A stretch of DNA of 64,000 nt from Octopus sinensis. Taxonomy: Eukaryota. The DNA lies in contig NC_042999.1 in the NCBI RefSeq assembly GCF_006345805.1, positions 13,082,001 through 13,146,000 on the forward strand, in the 5' to 3' direction. Within the stretch, counting starts at the first letter, position 1. Every line of letters begins with the position of its first letter. The position numbers and the translations under genes were made by a program. Shown one piece after another: positions 52,934-64,000 of this stretch. Below the pieces are notes generated by a model. The model was not told the origin of the DNA. It was given only the letters and a program-made list of their open reading frames with translations, and ran no database searches.

Positions 52934-55900
52934 GAGGCAATCAAAATACGCTATATATATATATATATCCATATATACACTTTTGACATTTTATGTATGT
53001 ATGCATACATACATAACACACATTTAGTTTTAAGTATGTGTAGAGCTATGTGCAGTCTGTACATCTTATATACATTCAAATTTCTATATTAGTCACATAT
53101 TCACATGCATACACTCGTGTGTGTGTGTGTGTATTTATATATATCTATGTATACGTATTAATTCCTTATATGCACATGTACCCATACATTTACACATCTT
53201 ACTTTGACTATATGTATTATTATTATTAGTAGTAGTAGTAGTAGTAGTAGCAGCAGCAGCAGCAGTAGTAGCAGCAGCAGCAGTAGTAGTAGTAGTGTAA
53301 TGATTGTAATATCTATGCCCTACATCTTTACAGACGCTCCCCCCCCCCGTTTCTAAGTTATATATATTATGGAGCTTGTATATATATATTTTTTCTGTCT
53401 TTTTTTATCTTTTCATCTTCTTAATTACTGTTTTACTTACATCGTTTAGGGCGGAGTTTACTGGTTGGACAAATGGTTTTCACAGCTGGATGCCCATTCT
53501 ACTCTTAACTGCTCAACCATGACAATATCTGTAAAAAGAAATGGTAGAACATTAGCTCCACAAAACCACCATTATTTCTTGCCTCTATTCACAAGCACCA
53601 CACCAAAAATGTAAAATAAAAGTTCTGACACACCCTGTAAACATATTCTTTTGAAATTTTGTTTCCATCATTAAATTCTTGGTTCTTTATAAATGGAATA
53701 ACTATATTTTCTTAATGCTTCAATTGACTGAAGTAAATTGTTTTGTTTTATTTGGGTGTGTGGTAAGAAGCTTGCTTCCCAACCACATAGTTCTGGGTTC
53801 AGTCCCACTGCATGGCACTTTGGGCAAGTGTCTTCTACTATAGCCTCGGGCCTTGTGAGTGGATTTGGTAAATGGAAACTGAAAGCCTGGCATGTGTGTG
53901 TTTGTGTGTCTGTGTTTGTCCCCCCACCATCGCTTTACAACTGGTGTTGTTGTGGTTATGTCCCTGTAACTTAGCAGTTCAGCAAAAGAGACCAATGGAA
54001 TAAGTACTAGGCTTACGAAGAATAGGTCCTGGAGTCAATTTGTTCGACTAGGGGTGGTACCCCAGCATGGCCACAGTCAAATGACTGAATCAATGTATGT
54101 CTAGTTGAGAGTATATCATTGTGAAAGTAAGTCTTACATGCATCATTTGCTCACGAGAAATACAACAGTAAAAGGCTTATTACCTTACAGTGGCTGATGA
54201 AAGGGAGAAGACACTTGAGTAGCTTTGTACTGCCTTCTCATTAATAGGAACATTTTGAATACAATACGGCAAGATAATGGTTTCAGATTTTGGCACAAGG
54301 CCAGCAATTTTGCATCAACCCTGCGTGCTGGCAGAAACGTTAGCACGCCGGGCGAAATGCTTAGCGGTATTTCGTCTGCGTTACGTTGTGAATTCAAATT
54401 CCGCCGAGGTCGACTTTGCCTTTCGCCCTTTCGGGGTCGATAAATTAAGTACCAGTTACGCACTGGGGTCGATGTAATCGACTTAATACCTATGTCTGTC
54501 CTTGTTTGTCCCCTCTGTCTATAGCCCCTTGTGGGTAATAAAGGAATAGGTATTTTGTGTTATCTACTCTTAAGGAATAAAAGGCAAAGCTGACCTCAGC
54601 AGTAATTGAACTCAGGATGTAAGAATCTGGAAGAAATGCCACAGAGCTTTTTCTCCAACACATTAGCAACTCTGCCAGTTAATGCCTCCAAGACAAGCCT
54701 TAGCACTGGAAGCACTGGAGCATACATCAACTGAAGCTTTGTGTTAACAACAAACAAGATGAGGACAAATATCAATCAAATGTAAATAATATAAATAAAA
54801 CCTTTACTGTTGCTTAGTTGCTCACATCTTAAGCATTCAGATTACTTCATCAAATATAATGCTTATTTATTCACATTGTTTTGAATTAATCATGCATTAT
54901 CCCAAAGATTTTGATGGCATGATTGTTTATTTTTAGAATGACATTGTCGGGTCGATTCTAGAAGCCAGACCTGACCAGTTTGAACATAGAACATGTAGAA
55001 TATTTGCGTTGGCCAGAGCCTGTTTAAAGGGTTAAACATTCAATAATGATTAGGTTCACTATCAGCTTAAGAGTTGCAAACATTATGAGAATATGCACAT
55101 TGGTCATTTAGTCTCCAGCCGGCAGTTTCATTTGTTCCATTCGACAATACTCTTGCATTCTTTCTATCATTGACGAAATCAACCAATTGGAAGCTATGCT
55201 ATAATGTCTTTAATATTAGATGACGATTCCAGTCTCTGGAGACAAAATTGGTCTATTTAGAAACAGCTTCCACTTTAGGGTTATATGCCTCCTCAACAAA
55301 CTGGTAATTATAAAACCATTTAACACTTCCGTTACTGTATTTATTTTGAGATGCTTTGTATTTCTTTCAATTACTTTAAATCATCATCATCATTGTTTAA
55401 CGTCCGTTTTCCATGCTGGCATGGGTTGGATGGTCCGACCAGGTTCTGGGAAGCCAGGAGGCTGCATCAGGCTCCAGTCTGATCTGGCAGTGTTTCTACA
55501 GCTGGATGCCCTTCCTAATGTCATCCACTCTGTGAGTGTAGTGAGTGCTTTTTACGTGCCACCGGCACAGAGGCCAGAGGAGGCTGGCAAACGGCCATGA
55601 TCACTTGGTATTTTTTTACGTGTCACCGACACGGACTCCAGTCAGGCAGTGCTGGCATTGGCCACGTTCGGATGGTGCTTTTTACGTGCCACCGGCACAG
55701 GTATCACAACTACAATTTCCATTTGATTTTTATTTTGATGTTGATGTTGATGTACTTGACTCAATAAGTCTCCTCAAGCACAGCAGGTCACCCTATGATC
55801 CATGGTTAGCACAGCAGGCCATCCTGTGAGCCATCAACTCACTTCATTTGTCAGGTCTTCGAAGTTACAGCATATCTCAAAGGTCTCAGTCTTTCATCAT

Positions 55901-58676
55901 TGCCTCTGTGAGGCCCAACATGCCACTGGCATGGGTATAAGAATTTAGTAAAATAACTTCATTATCCTTAAGCTAGTGTTAAGAGCATAAATTGTGACTA
56001 AGGTTTGGTGGAAAACTTTAATCAGAACTTATGAAAACAAGACTACAGAGGCAGTTTCAGGCGGGTTGATATCAAAAGGGTTGAGAATATCATGGTGACT
56101 TTAACCCTTTTGTTACTGCATTTCTGATGAGATGTTCTGTGTTTCTTTCAATTAATTTTAAATATAAAGAATTTAGTAAAATAACTTCGTTATCATTAAG
56201 CTAGTGTTAGGAACATAAACTGTAATGAAGGTTTGGTGGAAGATTTTAATTCAAAGCTTATGAAAACAAGACATTTGTACTACAGAGCCAGAGGTGGTTT
56301 CAGCCAGGTTGGTAACAAAAGGGTTAATTCAGTTGCACATAATTATAATTCCCCATTCTGCCCCACCTCTACTGCAAATCTCCTCACCCAATTCAATATA
56401 TCCAACAACAAAACTCACAGCTAATACTGTTTTAGAGTTTTCATTTGCTTCATTCATTGATTGTATTGTTGGATCTTGAAAGTCGAACTGACTTTTTTTC
56501 TCTTTTTTTTTTTTTTGTGGTTTGTAAACAGACTGAGGTATTTTTTTCTTTTTATTAAAATATTTCTCTCGCTTTGCAAACAACTCTTATTTAACCATAC
56601 AGTTGTGGTGGGGTGGGGTGGGTTGTGCTCCGAGGTGGACTTATGATGAATGGCATTATATATGCAAAAACTGAAAAACCAACAGAAATATATTCATATT
56701 CGTATGTACATAGAAACAGGACTGCCTCAGATATCAATAACCATAACAGTTAGTATTGCAAACATACATTTAAAATTCTGATCACATTTCTAGAGAAAAT
56801 TTTTCCCCGCGGCATTCTGTGATGGAATACAAAGAGGTCCACATCAAATTTGTCCTTACTTATTCTGTTGCTGTCAATGTTAGCTAAATTGTTTATTCTA
56901 TCACTTCGACATCTGAAATTCACTTTTAATTCATATGAAGCCATACAAGCATGGCTGTGTGGTTAAGAAGTCTGCTCTCTGTCTCTCCTCTTGCTCTCTA
57001 TCTCCATCTCCATCTCTCTCTCTCTTACTCTCTATCCTCCTCTTTTTCCCTCAATCTGTTCTTTTGAGTTCAATATCTTAGCAGGATCATCATCATTATC
57101 GTTTAATGTCCATTTTCCATACTAACATGGGTTTTGACAGTTTGTCTGAGGACTGGTAAGCCAGTAGGCTGCATCAGACTCCAATCTTCATCTGGCAGGA
57201 TTTCTACAGCTGGATGCTCTTCCTGATGCCAACCACTCTGAGAGTTTAGTGGGTGTTTTTTATGTGCCACCGGCACAAGGGCCAGTCAGGCGGTACTGGC
57301 ATCAACCACTCTCAAATGATGCATTTTACGTACCACCAGCACGGGAGTCACTTGGGGGGCACTGGCATCAACCATGTTCAGATGGTGCTTTTTACATTCC
57401 ACTGGCATGGGGAGCCAGTCAGGCGTTGCTGGCATCGACTCACACTTGAATGGTGTTTATTACCTGCCACCAGCACAGTTACCACAATTTTGTATTTTGC
57501 AACCCAGAAGTTATAGGCTATAGACGCTGGTATGATTGTATGGTTAAGAAACTGACTTCCTAACCATATGATTTCTGGTTCAGATCCCCATCCCTACATG
57601 ACACCTAGACTGAAATGTCTTCTACTATAGCACTGGGCTGACTAAAATCTTTGTGAGTAGATTTGGTAGATGCAAACAGAAAGAAGCTCAGGTCCAGGAG
57701 GAAACTTGGCAGGAGAGGCAATGATCCTAAAGTGAACTTGAGGTCAAATACTTGTCAGATGAAATAGCAGGTGGAATCTCATATCAGTGAGGTGGGATGT
57801 GCTGTAAAGCTGTTGAGAGGCCCCAAAACGATACATATTCTCACCTGATGACCCCTGAAACATACTGATATTCAGTATGTGGAAGGCGGCGAGCTGGCAG
57901 AATCATTAGCACCCTGGACGAAATGCTTAGTGGTATTTCATCTGCCGCTACGTTCTGAGTTCAAATTCCGCCGAGGTTGACTTTGCCTTTCATCCTTTCG
58001 GGGTCGATAAATTAAGTACCAGTTACACACTGGGGTCAATGTAATCGACTTAATCTGTTTGTCTGTCCTTGTTTGTGCCCTCTGTGTTTAGCCCCTTGTG
58101 GGTAGTAAAGAAATAGGTATTCAATATGCGGAGTTTTCAACGGACTGCTTGCACTAGACTAGCAAGCTGTTTCCAAGACTGTCTCTGGGTGTGTGCATGG
58201 CTGTTTGTTTTGACATCCTGTGAGAGTTCTAAATGAATGACAATTTCACATAAATGGTGTTATTCATTTCCAAGCATTTGCAAATACGTCCAACCACGAG
58301 GAAATAGTGCTTTACTTGGAAACACTGTTTAATATGTTTGGCTAATTCAGCAGAGACAATATAAGGTTGAGAGAACTCTTTAATCTCTCAAATGTATTCA
58401 ATACACTCATATTGTATTTGATCATGTTGAATATTCAATATTCGATATGATCAAACATATTCAATGCACTCCATAAACTGGTAGGTGTTGGGTAGCACAT
58501 CCAGACATAGAGACCGTGACAAAAACTAAGCCATGAGAGCATAGTGTGTACTGCTGCTCCATCTTGGAGACTAGTAACTCTGAATAATACCTGACTTGGA
58601 CTGACATGCATAAGGAAGGGGACAACAGGTGGAGACATGTTTAGTACAAAAGGGAAACAACTCCCAGATGCAGATA

Positions 58677-59729
58677 CACAGGGTGACCCCAAAGTAGGGT
58701 TACAGGTATTCAACTATCTCTTTTGCATTCATATATTAATAGTTTAGATCTTAATTATATAAAAAATATGAAGCCATTATTCAACATGATGGAGCACCCC
58801 TTCATTATGCGTTGACAGTAAGAGACTACCTTAACCAAACCTTTCCACAGCGTTGGTTTGGAAGACAGGGCAGCAATAAATGGCTACCATGCTCACCTGA
58901 CCTGACACTAATGGATTTCTTTTTTTGGAAGGCGTTGTAAAGAACAACGTTTATGAGAAGAATCTCAAAACAGTAAATGAATTAAATGATTACATTTCTG
59001 ATGCATCATCATCATCATCGTTTAACGTCCACTTTCCATGCAGGCATGGGTTGGATGAATTGACTTAGGGCTGGCAAACCAGATGGCTGCACCAGGCTCC
59101 AATCTTGATCTGGCAGTGTTTCTACAGCTGGATGCCCTTCCTAATGCCAACCACTCCGAGAGTGTAGTGGATGCTTTTTACATGCCACTGGCATGAGGGC
59201 CAGTCAGGCGGTACTGGCAACGGCCTCGCCTAAATGGTGTTTATTTACGTGCCACCTGCACAAGTGCCTGTAAGGCGACACTGGTAATGGTCATGCTCGA
59301 ATGCTGCTTTTTACATGCCACCGGCATGGACGCCAGTTAGCTGCTCTGGCAACGATCATGCTTGGATTGTGCTCTTAGCGCTCAACTAGCACGGATGCTA
59401 GACATCGAATTTGATTTCAATCATTTTGAATTAATCATGTATTATCTTGTAGCTTAATAATTTCAAAGATGTGACTGATGCATTCACTGAAATTGATGGA
59501 GATCAGAATTTGTGCCACATTGTGTGTCAGAGTGTTCTTAAGAGGTATGAAGAATGTTGCAATGCTGAAGGGAGGACACTTTGAGCATCTGAGAGATTAA
59601 ACATTGTCTGTATAAGATGTGCATAAGTAATATGATTGTAAGATAGAAATTTAAATGTAATGAAATGTTTTAAAAGAAATTTAAAGTTCCTACGTGATAA
59701 CTGTAAACCTATTTTCGGGCCACCCTGTG
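58677..59729 (+). mobile_element. Internally deleted Tc1/mariner, DD41D (rosa/Visitor) type, interrupted by family C
   Basis: TA-flanked TIRs CACAGGGTG(A/G)CCC..; remnant QHDGAPLHY..WLPCSPDLTLMDFFFW has 41 residues between the two Asp; C-terminus ..HFEHLRD* resumes after the insertion. Confidence 0.9.
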
Positions 59730-60596
59730 TATTATTATATCTTAGCCTCCTTCGTTACCCATATGTAACATACATTTTGCCATACTTTTAAGGGTGGTTG
59801 GGTCATCTGCAAGCTGGCAGAAATGTTAGCATGCCGGGCGAAATGCTTAGCGGTATTTCGTCTGCCTCTACGTTCTAAGTTCAAATTCCGCCAAGGTCGA
59901 CTTTACCTTTCATCCTTTTGGGGTCAATTAAATAAGTACCAGTTACGCACTGGGGTTGATATAATCGACTTAATCTGTTTGTCCTTGTTTGTCCTCTCTG
60001 TGTTTAGCCCTTTGTGGGTAGTAAAGAAATAGGTTTTACGTCTGCCAATACGTTCTGAGTTCAAATTCCGCCGAGGTCGACTTTGCTTTTCATCCTTTCG
60101 GCATCCATAAATTAAGTACCAGTTACACACTGGGGTCGATGTAATCGATTTAATCCATTTGTCTGTCCTTGTTTGTCCCCTCTATGTTTAGCCCCTTGTG
60201 GGCAGTAAAGAAATAGAAATAGGTTGGGTCATCTGCAGCCCTGCAAGCAGCCAATTGCCATAGCCCTTCATCTTCTTTATAAGAGACAATATCTTGAGAC
60301 CAGTCTTCACTACTTCACTCCAAATCTTCCTCTCTTTCCCTCCCACAATTTCATTCATTCTGAGCACTTGGCAATTCATTACATCAATTTCACCTGTAGT
60401 ATTTTCTCAGTCTTTTCTGTTGCATATATTCCTCAGTATATTCAGTTTTCCTTTCATCCCATTCTTGCCCTATAACTCAAGCACACTAACAATATACTCC
60501 CAGAGAAACATGTTCATTTTACTCCCCTCTGTTCTTCCTGAATCCCCTCTAAATTTGCTACCATGCAGCATTGATCTTCTCGTACAAGCACCATAT

Positions 60597-61196
60597 ATAT
60601 TTCTTTATTACCCACAAGGGGCCAAAGACAGAGGGAACAAACAAGGACAGATGAACGGATTAAGTCGATTATATCGACCCCAGTGCGTAACTGGTACTTA
60701 TTTAATTGACCCCGAAAGGGTGAAAGGCAAAGACAACCTCGGCGGAATTTGAACTCAGAATGTAACGGCAGACGAAATACCTATTTCTTTACTACCCACA
60801 AGGGGCTAAACACTGAGGGGACAAAGAAGGACAGATAAACGGATTAAGTCGATTACATCGGCCCCAGTGCGTAACTGGTACTTATTTAATTGACCCCGAA
60901 AGGGTGAAAGGCAAAGACAACCTCGGTGGAATTTGAACTCAGAATGTAACGGCAGACGAAATACCTTTTTCTTTACTACCCACAAGGGACTACATACAGA
61001 GGGGACAAACAAGGACAGACAAATGGATTAAGTCGATTACATTGACCCCAGTGCATAACTGGTACTTATTTAATCGACCCCGAAAGGATGAAAGGCAAAG
61101 TTGACCTCAGTGGAGTTTGAACTCAGAACGTAACGGCAGACGAAATACGGCTACGTATTTCGCCCAGAGTGCTAACATTTCTGCCAGCTCGCTGCC
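60597..61196 (-). mobile_element. SINE family A trimer within one TSD
   Basis: One full head plus two headless ~182-bp units; flanked by TACAAGCACCATATA on both sides. Confidence 0.9.
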
Positions 61197-62296
61197 ATAT
61201 ACAAGCACCATATAATCTTACTCATGATTCTGAGTAAGAAGTCATATCTTATCTTGAATCAATGTGTCACCTTCCCACTTGTATTTCTTGATAGTGTACA
61301 TGGATAGTGCAATAATAAAGCAACTCTGTAGGGGTTCTATTATTATCCTCATGCACATAGAGGATAATAATATATATATATATATAGATAGATTCTATAT
61401 ATATAGATTCTGTGTTGTTCACAAGTCAGGAAAGTTTTTCGCTTCAGCATTTACTTGACACATATGTCAAGGTTGTAGAGTGTTGTTTATAGTTTATAAG
61501 AAACAAGCATTATCAGCTGTGAGCTGTAAAGTACAATAGACTGAGGGATCATCTTTCAATGAAAAAAGATCAGAATTTATTATCTCGTTATTGACATTAT
61601 AGGCAAAGGTATAGCTGTGTAGTTACAAAGCTTGCTTTGTAATAATGTGGTTTTGATTGCAACCCCACTGTGCAGTACCTTGAGCAAGGGTCTGTTATTA
61701 CAGCCCTGGTTGACTAACACCCTGTGAGTGAATTTGGAATATGGAAACTGTGGGTGATATGTGATTCTTTTTTTAGAACAGTGTATCTTGAAGCAGATAA
61801 AGCTATAAATAAATGTAAATATTGAGTTAGAAAACCCTTTGGATGCAAAGTAAAAAAATTTCTAAATACAAAATTATGTTAAAATAGAAGAAAATTTCTA
61901 AAAACAAAATTATGTGTTAAAATAGAACATTTATAAAACAAGCCATTTCCTTCTGTTTCCTTTATCCATAACGATGGTTTTGTACGTTTAATTACGACAA
62001 TGGGTTTTCATAATTTGCACTTGAATGCTTGTTCATGCATTCAGTCAGTTTATGTGTTGAGATTGTGTGTGTTGGTGCATTGTATTCGTGTTATCTCTGC
62101 TACTCTCTCATCGTAAAACTTTACAATTAATTCAGCTTTCCAATTAGAGTTGGTAATTTAACTAATTTCCAGCAAGATTGCTTATAAAAATAGTCACCTA
62201 ACAGCTATACATCTACTTCATTTTATGTGTGTGTGTGTGTGTTTATATGTATGCTTGTCATGTGTGTTTGTATGTATGTATGTGTGTGTGTGTGTG

Positions 62297-62445
62297 TTAT
62301 TAGCCTTGGAAGATCCTCTCAAATAGGTGTTTGGTGCACAGAAGCACACACATAGGTTGTAGCAGAGAGATTTCACTTGCTACGAGCTGTGCGTGTGCTT
62401 TTAGGCACCAAGCACCTGTATGAGAGGATCTCTCGAGGCTAATAA
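62297..62445. other. 149-nt imperfect hairpin (small MITE or hairpin-RNA precursor)
   Basis: About 69-bp ungapped stem from TTATTAGCC to GGCTAATAA with a short loop. Confidence 0.8.
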
Positions 62446-63447
62446 AGCAGTATTCAGTGTTCTAATAAGGCATCCATGTTTAGTCGGGCATAAAGATTGT
62501 CTTTTGGTATTAATACTTATTTCTTTATTGCCCACAAGGGGCTAAACACAGAGAGGACAAACAAGGACAGGCAAACGGATTAAGTCGATTACATCGACTC
62601 CAATGCATAACTGGTACTTAATTTATCGACCCTGAAAGGACGAAAGGCAAAGTTGACTTCATCGGAATTTGAACTCAGAACGTAGCTGCATACGAAATAC
62701 TGCTAAGCATTTCACCCGGTGTGCTAACGTTTCTGCCAGCTTGCCGCCTTTTGATATTAATACTGTTTCCATCATACATACATATGTATACACATGCTCT
62801 CACACACTTGCGCACACACACGTACATACATACATACATACATATATACATACATACATAGTGTATGTGAATATATATGTGTGTGTGTGTATTCGTATGT
62901 ATTCTTTTATTTTTTTTTTTACTTGTTTCAGTCATTTGACCACGGTCGTGCTGGAGCACTGCCTTTACTCAATCAAATTGACCCCAGGACTTATTCTTTG
63001 CAAGCCTAGTACTTATGCTACTGGTTCCCTTTTACAGGTACATAAACACACCAGCATGGAGGCACATGGCCTAGTGGTTAGAGCAGCGGACTCGCGGTCG
63101 AGGGATCGCGGGTTCAAATCTCAGACCGGGCGATGTGTGTGTTTATGAGCAAAACACAGCTCCAGCAGAAGCTAATGGCAAACCTCTGCTGACTCTTTTG
63201 TCACAACTTTCTCTCACTCATTCCTCCTGCATCTTGCAGCTCACCTGCAATGGACCGGAATCCCGTCCAGGTGGGGAACCTATACGCCAAGGAAACTGGG
63301 AAACCGGCCCTTATGAGCCGGGGATGGCTCGAGAAGAAACAAACAAAACTCACCAACATCGGTTGTCAAGCAATGGTGATGTGACATACACCTGTCTTCG
63401 TTTTTTGTTTTTCTATAAATTTCAGCTATATGTATATATAAAAATTA

Positions 63448-63742
63448 GTGTACATTTAAACACAGAAAGGGGTGACCCTTAACAGGCCACCTTACATGCT
63501 AGAAGTAGCAGTCAAACGTCCAAAACAACAGTTAAGGGCAATTTCAAAGGGAATGAAAAATAAAAACTTTTACCATGGTGCCACTAGTAGAAAAAGTTCT
63601 AAAATTTTGCTACCCTATACTATTTTAAGTATATATATGTACATGTATGTATTTGTGTGTCTGTATTTGGACGTTTGACTGCTCCTTCTAGCATGTAAGG
63701 TGGCCTTTTAAGGGTCGCTTCCTTTTGTGTTTGAATGTACAC
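63448..63742. repeat. Inverted repeat with ~80-bp arms
   Basis: GTGTACATTTAAACAC..GGCCACCTTACATGCTAGAAGTAGCAGTCAAACGTCCAAA and its diverged reverse complement. Confidence 0.85.
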
Positions 63743-64000
63743 CATTGCTTGAGCTTGACAACCAATGTTGGTGTGTTTACATCCCCGTAATTTAGCAGTT
63801 CAGCAAAAGAGAATAAGTACTAGGCTTACAAAGAATAAGTCCTGGGGTCGATTTGTTCAATTATAGGCGGTGCTCCAGCATGGCCGCAGTCAGATGACTG
63901 AAACAAGTAAAAGAAAAAAAAATACATACATACTATTTTTATAGCCATAAATATTTACTTTTTAATGTAATGTGTACTTTTGCAATTGGACATTAAAACG

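Noticed and set aside
60230-60590. Possible host exon (ORFs at 60188-60752)
   Set aside because: Looks like a heavily decayed RTE C-terminus (RKIWSEVVK) between SINE arrays.

Overview
AT-rich, repeat-dense eukaryotic DNA. The tRNA-derived SINE set and microsatellite style point to a coleoid cephalopod (Octopus-like); this is inference, no database check. Only one convincing protein-coding gene is present: an uninterrupted 441-aa ORF (4237-5562, +) encoding a PP1 glycogen-targeting subunit (PPP1R3/Gbs-76A-like, RVxF motif plus CBM21). The rest is four tRNA-derived SINE families, RTE and CR1 LINE remnants, hAT-, piggyBac- and foldback-type MITEs, non-autonomous Helitrons, a deleted DD41D Tc1/mariner, and microsatellites that produce most of the listed ORFs. 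The most notable unannotated signal is eight minimal type-I hammerhead ribozyme motifs from about five sequence families. Seven sit in short elements embedded in or beside (TA)n tracts (Penelope-like pseudo-LTRs), and one is fused behind a tRNA/Pol III head. Also notable: a 149-nt hairpin, a TIR element with a 17-bp flanking duplication, SINE multimers inside a single TSD, a nested fold-back around (TA)n, and a ~327-bp triplication. All coordinates were read by eye, and repeat boundaries are approximate.
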